From positions 1,216,001-1,280,000 of the forward strand of contig CAVOXA010000010.1 in NCBI GenBank assembly GCA_963700285.1: a stretch of 64,000 nucleotides of DNA. The letters run 5' to 3'. The translations under genes and the position numbers were made by a program. The notes under the pieces are model-generated. The model was given only the letters and a program-made list of their open reading frames with translations, made no database searches and had not been told where the DNA came from. This stretch comes from an uncultured Chloroflexia bacterium (GTDB lineage Bacteria > Chloroflexota > Anaerolineae > JAAYZQ01). Position 1 is the first letter of the stretch, and each line of letters opens with the position of its first letter. This document shows positions 44,232 to 53,742 of this stretch, piece after piece.

Positions 44232-44304
44232 GGTGGATGTAGCTCAAAGGCAGAGCACCGGTCTGTGGAACCGGTGGTTGCGGGTTCAACCCCCGTCATC
44301 CACC
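44232..44304 (+). tRNA. tRNA-His (GTG)
   Basis: G-1; acceptor GTGGATG/CATCCAC; D arm GCTC/GAGC; anticodon arm CCGGT-CTGTGGA-ACCGG; T arm GCGGG-TTCAACC-CCCGT; C73. Confidence 0.96.
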
Positions 44305-44314
44305 CAGTGGACAT

Positions 44315-44351
44315 AAACAGGGAGGGGTTACTAACTGCCTCTCCCTGTTTT
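44315..44351. terminator. Terminator after tRNA-His (possibly bidirectional)
   Basis: AAACAGGGAGGGG...CCTCTCCCTGTTTT. Confidence 0.75.
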
Positions 44352-44372
44352 GATTTGTCTGCGCTCTGGTCT

Positions 44373-45177
44373 CTAGTCGAGGACGTGCTTCAGGTTCTCC
44401 GCTGTCAAGAGTCCCGCGTCCCCACTCGAGTCCAGAAATGGCCGTACATCGTCCACGACTTGCTCCCAGGCGACAGCTTGAAGCCGACGGCTGCACGGTC
44501 TGTCGCCAGTTGTCCTCTGTCAACGGTTCGGCTTCCCAGCCTGTCTGTCGCAAGGCATTGTTCAGCAAGGTCAGGTTGGGTGCCGGCCAACCGGGATCGC
44601 TCAGATACCACAACAGGTCGTAGAGGTCGCGCCCCTTGAGATAAGGACGCTGCAAGACGGCGTGCAGTTTGCCTGCCAGAAGCGATGCCCGGTCGTGGTG
44701 ATGAAGCTGCAAGGGTACATGACGGCGGATGACGGTCGTTGCCAGTCCTGCCCCGGCCGGCGGATTGGTGTCCACTTCGATCTTGACGGCCAGCACCTCG
44801 TCCCGGTGAGGCGAAAGCTCCAGCTCGTAGAGCAAGCCGCGAAAGCGGACAAAGGCACTGTGCACTGTTTTCTGATCGCTGACCTTCAGGTCGAGGGTGT
44901 AGCCTTCGGCGGTGAACGTGGATTGGATGGCGCGTAGATAGGCACGAAAGTCATACTGAGATTGGCCTTGCTCCAGGGCAAAGTCCAGGTCTTCCGAGTA
45001 GCGAGCGCTGGCATAGAGGAAACGGAGGGCCGTTCCGCCATGAAAGGCCAGAGGGATCATGGCGCCAGCACGTTGGAGTGTGCCCAGGATTCTGGCCTGC
45101 AAGTATTCCCGAGCCAGGTTTCGTCCGTGGATGGGAGTAGGAGCAGTACGGACAAGGGTAATCAGGTATTCTTTCAT
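44373..45177 (-). CDS. AbiEii-family nucleotidyltransferase toxin (type IV TA); frameshift near C-terminus, end ...ENLKHVLD*
   Basis: FHGGTALR, RYSEDLDF, VKIEVD, GKLHA, KGRDLYDL. Confidence 0.9.
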
Positions 45178-45811
45178 AGGGTTTCGTACGCCCTTTCGGC
45201 TGCGCCAGTTTGATGACAAAGGCTGCTGCCCGTCTCAGTTTCTGGCTTGACGCCAGTTCAGCTTGATGCTGCAACTCTTCCAGGTCAAGTCGCTCCATAC
45301 CTTGCAGGCGTAACTCTTGCAGGTATTCGGCGGAATCCCCACCTGGCTGCAGGTGGACCAGATCCAACAATGCCTTTTCCGGTGTGGCCACAAATGCCTG
45401 CTGGTTGCCCCCCAGGTCGACCAACCGGTACCCAACGAACCACTCGGTCTTGATGTGTCGAAACGTGTAGACACCCAACGGCGTCTGCCATTGACCGGGC
45501 CGGCCGGTGGTGATGCTGGTCGTCACAGGCACGACATCTGGAATCAGTCCATAGTACCCGAGTGCCGATTGCAGGCTGACGTAGGAACTACGCATCATGC
45601 GGTTGGCTACGACAAAGGGATGGGGCTTGACCTTCTGGAAGGGTGGGGCCAGGGCGTATAGGCCCCGGCGCAGTTGGTAGAGACGCCCGGCTTTGGTCCA
45701 GCGGGACAACTGGCGGCGCACATCTTTCGAGTCTACTGCACCCGCCAGCAGCAGCCCGGTCTCGAAAACCGGCTCATCGCCGACGATGTCAAGCAAATGT
45801 GTGAATTCCAT
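45174..45811 (-). CDS. AbiEi-family antitoxin (wHTH + C-terminal domain); frameshift near 3' end
   Basis: QLSRW...LRRGLY, SYVSLQSALGYYGLIP, ATPEKALLD; ATGA overlap with the toxin. Confidence 0.88.
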
Positions 45812-45817
45812 GCGCAT

Positions 45818-45846
45818 ATTATACCATGAATGGCATATTACTGCAA
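45818..45846 (-). promoter_or_regulatory. AbiE operon promoter (probably leaderless)
   Basis: TTGCAG-17 nt-TATAAT; ATG is 7 nt downstream. Confidence 0.65.
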
Positions 45847-45895
45847 CAGAACGTCGATGCTGTCTGTAGCGTGGTGCCATTGTTTTGGTAACCGG

Positions 45896-45919
45896 GGGTC
45901 TAACCCCCGTCATCCACCC
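45896..45919 (+). repeat. Internal att copy (tRNA-His 3' fragment)
   Basis: GGGTCTAACCCCCGTCATCCACCC. Confidence 0.85.
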
Positions 45920-45947
45920 TGTGCGCAACAAAGCGGAGTCACCCCTT

Positions 45948-45982
45948 GAGGGCCTCGTCAGCGGCGAGGCTCTTTTCTTTCT
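45948..45982 (+). terminator. Terminator-like hairpin after the internal att
   Basis: GAGGGCCTCGTC-AGC-GGCGAGGCTCTTTTCTTT. Confidence 0.6.
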
Positions 45983-46559
45983 TGCCTCTCTCCACAATCT
46001 TACTATTGATTGTACTGACTGGACAGTGAGACCAACTGACTGCCGATGTGACCCCGGTCCTCAGAGATCAGGGCTGGGGTCTTTTTGCGTTTCTTGGCTT
46101 CTTTATGGAATGGGTATATAATAAACGAGACAAGATACGAGCACCGATTTGCATCCAACTGCTGCGGGCCGCCCCCAACCGATTGTAGACAGTTCGGCCC
46201 GTTGTGGGTCGGGCGCGTGCGGTGCGAGTGGTGGAGCGGTGGGGCGAAAACGGTAACAGGAGACAGGGATCCTGGCAAAGACAACCTGCCCATGTGGCGC
46301 GACCCCGGATTCTGGACCGCACGAGGCTGCGTCATGACCGGCGGCGCGTTTCTGTCGGTGTTGGGCATTGCGGCGGCAGTGTACTAGGCCATAGAGGGGT
46401 ACACCGAAGGGCGGCTGCTGGTGATCGCGATCCTGCTGGCGACGGTCCTGCTTGTGGTGGCCACGAAAGGGTGACTATTTTGCGCAATCAACCCGGTGTC
46501 CGAAGGCGCGGAGGGTCGGAATGGGCGACGTAGCACACTGACGACTCAAGGGGGCTACT

Positions 46560-47471
46560 ATGAGGAACCTGCTAACAGTGGCAATGATTGCTCTGGCGAG
46601 TCTCGTGGTTTTGATCATGGCATGTATCTGTATGTACTTGGCCTTTGGCAGGGATCTTGTTGAATGGCCGTCGACCAGTTCAACCGGCGTCCCTGCAACC
46701 TCCACACCCAATCCCACCAACACCCCAGTAGCTGTCCCATCCACCGCCAGCGCCGGCGACATCTGGATCCGCCCTGCTGACGGCGCGGTGATGGTTTACG
46801 TTCCAGCCGGTGAGTTTCTGATGGGCAGCCCTGATGATGACCCTGACGCCGCTGACGACGAAAAGCCTCAGCACACCGTCTACCTGGATGCCTTCTGGAT
46901 CGACAGGACCGAAGTGACCAACGCCCAATACCGCCAGTGTGTGGAGTGGGGAGCTTGCTGGGAGCCGCGATACTGGGACGATGACAGTCTGCACGCCCCG
47001 GATGAGCCAGTGCTGTGGGTGAGCTGGAATGATGCGGAATCCTACGCGCAGTGGGTTGGGGGCCGGTTGCCCACGGAGGCCGAATGGGAGAAGGCAGCAC
47101 GGGGCACAGATGGGCGTAGCTATCCGTGGGGGAACAGCCCGCCAGCTTGCTCCAAGGCCAACTATGCGGGTTGTGCGGGTAGCCCGCTCCCTGTAGGCTC
47201 CCATCCTGAGGGAGCCAGCCCCTACGGAGCGCTGGAGATGGCGGGCAATGCACGGGAGTGGGTGGCCGATTGGTATGATGAGGACTATTACGGCCGTTCT
47301 GTTTTCCGCAATCCCAATGGACCGGATTCCGGCACCTTCCGGGTGTTGCGTGGCGGTTCGTACCTCCATGATCAGTCTGTCGGCCGCTGCGCCTATCGCG
47401 ATGGGGGCTATCCTATCAGTAGGAACGGGATCGCCGGGTTTCGGGTGGTGGTGGCCCCTGGCGACCACTGA
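46560..47471 (+). CDS. Membrane-anchored FGE-sulfatase (SUMF1/CLec fold) domain protein
   Basis: N-terminal TM, PT linker, VPAGEFLMGS, DEKPQH, TEVTNAQY, RLPTEAEWEKAARG, MAGNAREW, GFRVV. Confidence 0.92.
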   Translation: MRNLLTVAMIALASLVVLIMACICMYLAFGRDLVEWPSTSSTGVPATSTPNPTNTPVAVPSTASAGDIWIRPADGAVMVYVPAGEFLMGSPDDDPDAADDEKPQHTVYLDAFWIDRTEVTNAQYRQCVEWGACWEPRYWDDDSLHAPDEPVLWVSWNDAESYAQWVGGRLPTEAEWEKAARGTDGRSYPWGNSPPACSKANYAGCAGSPLPVGSHPEGASPYGALEMAGNAREWVADWYDEDYYGRSVFRNPNGPDSGTFRVLRGGSYLHDQSVGRCAYRDGGYPISRNGIAGFRVVVAPGDH

Positions 47472-47472
47472 T

Positions 47473-47540
47473 CCCTTCGGCTTTGCTCAGGGCAGGCTCT
47501 GTCCCTCTGGTCCCTTCGGCCTTGCTCAGGGCAGGCTCTG
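47473..47540 (+). repeat. Two tandem REP-like units CCCTTCGGCYTTGCTCAGGGCAGGCTCTG; inverted copy at 49879-49905
   Basis: Direct sequence comparison. Confidence 0.8.
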
Positions 47541-47761
47541 GATTCCTGATCCGCTGGGCACTCGGTGACGGGTAGCGGACTCACTGGGCTGCTGAGTGCT
47601 GCCAGAGGACGAGCAAGCGATATGAGGATTTACAACGAGCCAGTATGTGGTACTCGGAGGCATTGTAGCGAGGATTGGGAATCACGCAAGCAAGGGAGAT
47701 CAGTCGCCTTGGGAGCAAGCCTGGCGGGTGATCGGTCTCTTGTTTACCGGGGAGGAAACAA

Positions 47762-49320
47762 ATGAGCTACTCAGAGACCCATTTCGTCAAGCAGTACGAG
47801 CCGGGTAGCCAGGCTCGTGTGGAACTGGCAAACGCCCGGATCGTGGACGTGGTTAACGGCCGCTACTATGATACAGGAACGAGCATTATTCTGCAAGGTG
47901 GCAAAAGATCGCGTCCATGCCGGGCCTTGCGGGCGCGCCCCGAGTCCCGGTCGACTTTACGATTGACCTGAAGGGCAAGACCGTACTTCCCAGTCTGTAC
48001 AACACCCACGTTCACCTGCCGGGGACTGGGGCTACGATGGTTCCTGGCCTGCGTGACATGTTGCGTGCGAAAAGACACAGTGAGGAGCAGCTCGTCAAGG
48101 ATCTGGCTGACTGCCTGACCCATGGTGTCACCAACGTCAGGCACGCCGGGTTTGTCGCGGATCTGCGCGCGAATTGGACGCTCAAGGAACGGATCAAGAC
48201 GGGCGAACTGCCGGGCCCGCGCATCTTGCAGGCCGTTGTTGTGGGCCCCACGGGTTCCTATATGCAGGAGAAGCTACCCGCGTGGATGAAGCTTATGGGG
48301 GGTATGCCCCAGGTCGATCCCTCACAAGACTATGCCGGCGCTGTGGCCTTCCCCATAGACGCGCCGGAAGACCAAGTCAGGGATGCCGTTGACATCGCCA
48401 TTGATGAGCGCGGCGCGGAGGTGATCAAGATCGGGGACGATCCCTTCAGCATGATAGGTGGCAAGCCTGTACCGGTGATGAGCATCGAACAGCTCGGCAT
48501 CCTGGCCGATCAGGCGCGCTACCGGGGCGTGCAGTCCACGATGCACCACTCATCCGTCGAGTCCTTTCGGCGCGGGGTAAAGGCCGGCGTGTCATCACTG
48601 GAGCACGTTCCCTGGGATGCCCCGCTCACCCGACAGGATGTAGAGGCTTTCAAGGCATCGGGGTGTCTCAATGATCCGACAATCTCTGCATTCTACGCAA
48701 TCTTTTCCTGGAAGTTGGCGGGAGCTCGTTCGAACGACCATCCGGAGCTCGACAGGTTGACGGCCTTCAGGGACAGGACCTATACCTTTGCGACCATTGC
48801 CGATGAATACTATGTCCCGGAATTGAGGGCCAGCGTGATGAATGGCTACAGGCGGTGCGCCAGCGGCAAACCCAAATCGATGGGCCTCATCGATATGTCC
48901 GGGATGTTTGCTTGGGACACCAAAACGGCCACCGCATTCGAGAACTTTTGTCTGCTCTACAAACATGGCGTTCCTATGGCGACAGGAAACGATACCAAGC
49001 CTCCATGTACACCGGCTATGGTGGGGCTTGAGCTGCGTATGTTTGATCACGTCTTGGAGGGGGATGCGGACAAGGTGCAGTTCAGCGGTGCCGACGCAGT
49101 CAAGATCGCCACCATCAACAGCGCCCGCTCCCTCGGACTGGAGGAGGAGTTCGGCTCGATCGAAAGCGGCAAAACAGCCGACCTGGTGATCCTGGACGGC
49201 GACCCGCTGGATGATTTCCGCGTGATCGGCAGCCGGGTGGCCGCTCTGTTCATGGATGGCAAGCTGGTCATAAACAACTGCGGCCTCGAGGTGGAATCCA
49301 ACGACAAAGCGCAAGGCTGA
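47762..49320 (+). CDS. Amidohydrolase family protein (frameshift ~47905)
   Basis: ELANARIVD, DLKGKTVLPSLYNTHVH (HxH), SLEH, ATGND, GSIESGKTADLVILDGDPL. Confidence 0.88.
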
Positions 49321-49474
49321 TATGAGTATCGGCAGCAAATTCAACTGCTCCACGCGCATTTTGGTTGCTTACTTGGCGAAGGTATCACCCCGCAACCGCG
49401 CAGCGGGTGAAGCCAGCCGTTGGACGGCAAAGAAATGTAGTGGTTCGTTCAAAGTCGGAAGGGAGCTTCTCAAA

Positions 49475-49807
49475 ATGGGAGAGCCTACGAAAACGAATAC
49501 TGAACAACCCAAACGCCGCACCGGCCTGTTGATCTGGCTGATCGTCTCGCAATTGCTGGCCGTAGGCTCGCTCTGGTTCTGGGTCGTTTTTGCAGGACTA
49601 TCCGTGATGGCTTTCGACGAAGGCGGAAGCCCTACAGCTTGGGCAATTGTGATCGGCGCTTGGGCTTATCCGCTATTCCCGTTGACCATGGCCATCAGCG
49701 CATGGCTCGCCTTTGCCTTGCGCAAGAACCGGCTGGCAGCCGTGCTCACAGGGCTGACCTTCGCGCCGGCTTGGCTTTTTATTTTGGCTATGATGATCGG
49801 GCCGTGA
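49475..49807 (+). CDS. Small membrane protein (about 3 TM), unknown function
   Basis: GGAG SD; hydrophobic helices. Confidence 0.7.
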   Translation: MGEPTKTNTEQPKRRTGLLIWLIVSQLLAVGSLWFWVVFAGLSVMAFDEGGSPTAWAIVIGAWAYPLFPLTMAISAWLAFALRKNRLAAVLTGLTFAPAWLFILAMMIGP

Positions 49808-49878
49808 TTTGGATTCAACACCCCGACATGAGACGGGCGTGACACTCGCCAGATCCTACTTCTCTGAGGCATAGTCAT

Positions 49879-49905
49879 CCCTGAGCAAGGCCGAAGGGAC
49901 CAGAG
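49879..49905 (-). repeat. 27-bp inverted copy of 47505-47531
   Basis: CCCTGAGCAAGGCCGAAGGGACCAGAG. Confidence 0.85.
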
Positions 49906-49914
49906 TGTCAGTGA

Positions 49915-50664
49915 TCAGAGGTCACCGGGATCCACCACCACCCGAAACCCAGTGTAGGTGACATGGAGGTTCGGATAGCTCCCGTCGCGGAAGGCGCAGC
50001 GCACGTCGCGTAAGGCGCAGCGCACGTCCCCCAGATTGAGGCTGAGCGCCCCGTCTCGCACCACACGATAATCCCCAGACTCTGGTCCCTGGGGGTTCCG
50101 GAATGGAGACCGGGAATAGTAATCATCGTCATACCAGTCGGCCACCCACTCCCTGATATTTGCTGCCATGTCCAACGCGCCGTGTGGGCTGGCTCCGCCA
50201 GTCCCCCGCGCCGCCTTCTCCCACTCCGCTTCCGTCGGCAGCCGGCCGCCAACCCAGGCGGCATAGGCCCTGGCCTCCTCCCAGCTCACGCCCACCACCG
50301 GCTTGTCAGGAGCGTTGTAGACCTCATCACCCCAGTAGCGCGGCTCGTTACAGGCCCCCGCCTCCATGCACTTGCGATACTGGTCGTTGGTCACCTCCGT
50401 TCTATCTATCCAGAAAGCATCCAGATAGACGGCGTGCTGGGGTTTTTCGTCCTGGCCGGCATCTGGATCATCATCGGCGCTGCCCATCCGAAACTCACCA
50501 GCCGGCACATAGAACATCACTGCGCCGTCCTTGGAGCGGGTCAAGGGTTCATCAGCGACAGGTTCGTCCTTGGGGCGGGTCAAGGGTTCATCAGCGACAG
50601 GTTCGCCATTGCAGCCAACCAAGTGAAAGCACAACACGAAAACGAGACCCAAATATCGCTTCAC
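49915..50664 (-). CDS. FGE-sulfatase (CLec) domain lipoprotein, paralog of 46560, with internal duplications and a deletion
   Basis: Lipobox LVGC; RLPTEAEWEKAARG; GFRVV; AAGGAGG SD before GTG. Confidence 0.88.
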   Translation of the reverse strand: MKRYLGLVFVLCFHLVGCNGEPVADEPLTRPKDEPVADEPLTRSKDGAVMFYVPAGEFRMGSADDDPDAGQDEKPQHAVYLDAFWIDRTEVTNDQYRKCMEAGACNEPRYWGDEVYNAPDKPVVGVSWEEARAYAAWVGGRLPTEAEWEKAARGTGGASPHGALDMAANIREWVADWYDDDYYSRSPFRNPQGPESGDYRVVRDGALSLNLGDVRCALRDVRCAFRDGSYPNLHVTYTGFRVVVDPGDL

Positions 50665-51131
50665 CTGTCCCCTCCTTCGTGAGTGGCGATTCCGCTCACC
50701 GCCGCCCGGGTTGTGTTATGGCATTTGTGCTGCCATAAGGATTCTAACATTGATTGGCGGAAGTGGCAAAGGGGGATGAACGCGCACAGTTCTCGAGAGG
50801 AGGATGGCATCCCTTCGACGAGATCCCCTCGGCTTGGCTCGGGACAGACAGGACAGGAGCGAACACTTTGGCAATGCTCAGTGCAGGCCTGGTCGAGCGG
50901 TTTTCTGCCAGTAGGTGCCATCGTGTCGCTCCAGAACGTATTGCCTTCTTGTGAACTCTGTAGTACAATGTGCCTGCCTGGCAACCACAACAAGATCCCG
51001 CAGAAGAGATGTAATGAGGGTTTTCACTCCAAGAATCCACCATTGTCCTGCAAAGCCCCCAAAAGCCATTGGCTTTAAGGGTTTTTCTAGCCGCGAGTAA
51101 GCGGAATCGGGACGAACCAGGAGGGAATACC

Positions 51132-51704
51132 ATGCTAACCAACCGTATCATTGGCGCGTTCACGTTCCGCAAGGGCGTGTACGCCGAGGTTGAGAAAGAC
51201 ACGTCATTCACCACAACCGCCTGGGTTCTGGTGGTCGTGGTCGCATTCCTCAACCGACTCGGCTCATTCTCACCTTCTATCGACTGGCTGATCGGCGCCA
51301 TCGTGAGCACGATCTTTTCCATCCTCGGCTTCGCCGTGGGTGTCCTGGTCATCAACTGGCTGGGGCGCACCGTCTTTAACGCCGACGTCAGTTTCGATGA
51401 ACTGATCCGGACGCTGGGTCTGGCCTACGTCTGGCAGGTGATCGGCGTCCTGGGTATCCTGGCCGCCTTCTCCGAAGCTCTGTCCTGCGTGTTGGCTCCG
51501 GTCCAGATCATTGCCATGATCTTGATGATCATCGCCTGGTTCATCGCAGCCAGGGAGGCACTGGACCTGGAGTGGGTGCAGACCATCGTCACGGTCATCC
51601 TGGGCTGGCTGGCCCAGTTCGTGATCACCACATTCATCACCGGCCTGGTGCTGGGCCTATTTGAGCTGGGCGCTGCTGCGATGGGAGGACTGTTTGGCTC
51701 TTAG
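51132..51704 (+). CDS. Yip1-like membrane protein
   Basis: AGGAGG SD; five hydrophobic helices; LIRTLGLAY; AREALDL. Confidence 0.7.
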   Translation: MLTNRIIGAFTFRKGVYAEVEKDTSFTTTAWVLVVVVAFLNRLGSFSPSIDWLIGAIVSTIFSILGFAVGVLVINWLGRTVFNADVSFDELIRTLGLAYVWQVIGVLGILAAFSEALSCVLAPVQIIAMILMIIAWFIAAREALDLEWVQTIVTVILGWLAQFVITTFITGLVLGLFELGAAAMGGLFGS

Positions 51705-52000
51705 AAGGTGAAGGAATAGCAACCACGCGACGGTACGTCCCAATCGAGGATGGACGCATGGCCTATATCAGAAGCGATGGGGTCCGCTGACGAAGCACTG
51801 AGCTATGCTCTGGTGGCCACTGGCTACTCGGCCAAGTATGCTCCCGAGGACTATCGGCTTGCAGTCTCGGACATTTGCGACCCGGGGCCTGAGCACTATG
51901 ATTATTACACCTATGCTCTTGAGGGTACACACGTGGCCGAGGTCGCAAATGGTTATCACATCAACCTGTCACAAGAAAGCAGAAGGAGACTGATTCCAGA

Positions 52001-52630
52001 ATGGCAAAAGCGACGCAAACCCACCGTTGCCTGGCTATCCTACTGCTCCTCCTTTGCCTGTTCGCTCTCTTGGGATGTATGCCGGTGGTTGTGGTCCGGG
52101 AAGTCGTCTACCGCCCTTCCCCGAGCGATCCCTACGAGCTCTGGCGGGCCCTAATCACCGACTCCGGATTGCTCCTCCTTTGCGGTTCCGTCGATAATGG
52201 CCGCGAGTCAATGGAAGGGATCGTCCGGTACTATAACTTGGCACTTCGCCTTGATGAGACGCTAGATCCCCAGGCCTCCGATGAGATCCAGGTCGTCCAG
52301 ATCAACGATCACCCGTCGCTGGAAATGATCAAGGGGTATCCCTCGGACCTCTGCCAGTTCGACAAGAAACGAGCGACAAAGAGGCCGGAAGAGACAGGTT
52401 GGACCGAGATCTTTCTGGACAACTGGGACGATGGGTACGTCAAGGTTACCCAGTCTGACCTTGACGCGGGAAACTTCCCAATTCCTCCCGCAGAACCCCG
52501 CATAGTAATCTATCAAGTCTATGACAGCGATCCTCCCGCCTATCTCCTGATGGGGCGGCTCCGAGAGGAAGGGCCGGAGCAGGCGGTGCTCCTTATCCTC
52601 GGATCCGAGCACATTGAGGCGATGTGGTGA
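52001..52630 (+). CDS. Hypothetical lipoprotein
   Basis: AAGGAG SD; signal peptide with LLGC lipobox. Confidence 0.6.
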   Translation: MAKATQTHRCLAILLLLLCLFALLGCMPVVVVREVVYRPSPSDPYELWRALITDSGLLLLCGSVDNGRESMEGIVRYYNLALRLDETLDPQASDEIQVVQINDHPSLEMIKGYPSDLCQFDKKRATKRPEETGWTEIFLDNWDDGYVKVTQSDLDAGNFPIPPAEPRIVIYQVYDSDPPAYLLMGRLREEGPEQAVLLILGSEHIEAMW

Positions 52631-52902
52631 GGGCTCGTGTGTGCCTTCAGTCGCAATGCCCACATCCTGTCAGTATTGCACGCCGCAGTGCGGTCCGGGT
52701 CATCACTCAACAGAAACACCCAGCCACGGCATGTCCCGCTCTGCTGTTCACAGCCCCGGTACGAGCTAGAGTCAGCCTCTCATGTCATCGCCATCTTATC
52801 CGTTGAGGCTGCCTCTGGAGGCATTCAGACTTCATCTTCGAACTGATGACAGAGCCAAACCGGCTCATTTCTCGTTGCTCCCAATACCTCAGGAATACAC
52901 GT

Positions 52903-52931
52903 TTGACAATACTCATAGTCTGTGCCATAAT
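52903..52931 (+). promoter_or_regulatory. Sigma70 promoter of the GntR/MttB operon; adjacent palindrome TATGA-T-TCATA (52931-52941) is a candidate operator
   Basis: TTGACA-17 nt-CATAAT with TG extension. Confidence 0.65.
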
Positions 52932-53078
52932 ATGATTCATAGACATATTCAAGAAGACAGGCGGCCGCGGCAGCCATAGCCGCCGAAAGTCGTGAGCTGG
53001 AAAGCATCGTAGGCTGGGTGGATGACCCCTTGTGGTGGGCACCCGAGCCTGGCTTCCAGCAGAAAGCCGGAGGAAACC

Positions 53079-53726
53079 GTGACTGCCAATAGCAAGACAA
53101 GCATACTGTACCAGCAGATACGAGACAAGATTGTCTACGGCGAACTCCAGCCTGGGGCAATACTGACGGAAGCCGGCCTGGCCGATGAGTATGGTGTTAG
53201 CAAGGCTCCCGTGCGAGAAGCCCTCGTTCTGCTGGGACACGAGGGACTTGTCGAACCCATGCCCCGGGTAGGACACGTGGTCGCGAGTTTCACTGTGCAG
53301 GATGTGCTAGAGACCTTTCATCTTCGGTCCGTACTGGAGGCTGAGGCGGCAGGCCTGGCTGCGGAGCGGATCTCTCGGGAAGGAATTGCTACGCTCCTAA
53401 AGATCGTAGATGAGGAATCTGGACTATCAAAGATGGCGCTGGAAGATGGTTTCGATGAGAGAGCGTCCGACGAGAGAGCGTATGCGCTAAACACCGAATT
53501 CCATCACCTGATAGCTCGGGCCTCTGGCAATGGCCGGCTGGCTGACCTCATCAAACAGTTGGTGGAGGACATGCAGCGAATGCTGGCTTACGATCCTCGT
53601 CCTACGACACCGCGACAGCACATGGCCATCGTCGAGGCGCTACAGCATGGGGACAGAGCCAGCGCCGAGCAAGCCATGAAAAGACACATGGAGGAAACCA
53701 AATCCCTTGTGTTGGATCGCTTCTAG
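53079..53726 (+). CDS. GntR family transcriptional regulator (FCD domain)
   Basis: LQPGAILTEAGLADEYGVSKAPVREAL; FHHLIARASGN; GGAGG SD before GTG. Confidence 0.92.
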   Translation: MTANSKTSILYQQIRDKIVYGELQPGAILTEAGLADEYGVSKAPVREALVLLGHEGLVEPMPRVGHVVASFTVQDVLETFHLRSVLEAEAAGLAAERISREGIATLLKIVDEESGLSKMALEDGFDERASDERAYALNTEFHHLIARASGNGRLADLIKQLVEDMQRMLAYDPRPTTPRQHMAIVEALQHGDRASAEQAMKRHMEETKSLVLDRF

Positions 53727-53742
53727 CCAAAGAGGAGAAATC

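Noticed and set aside
44296-44372. AbiEii ORF extension overlapping tRNA-His
   Set aside because: Artefact of a frameshift; a natural C-terminus ends at 44373, before the terminator.
51750-52000. Possible toxin-tip remnant before the lipoprotein (toxin-immunity pair)
   Set aside because: No recognisable motif; cannot be supported from sequence alone.
53014-53026. 13-bp inverted match to the tRNA-His att (CTGGGTGGATGAC)
   Set aside because: Short, wrong orientation, lacks the TTGGTAAC arm, and is part of a local hairpin in the gntR leader; could be chance.
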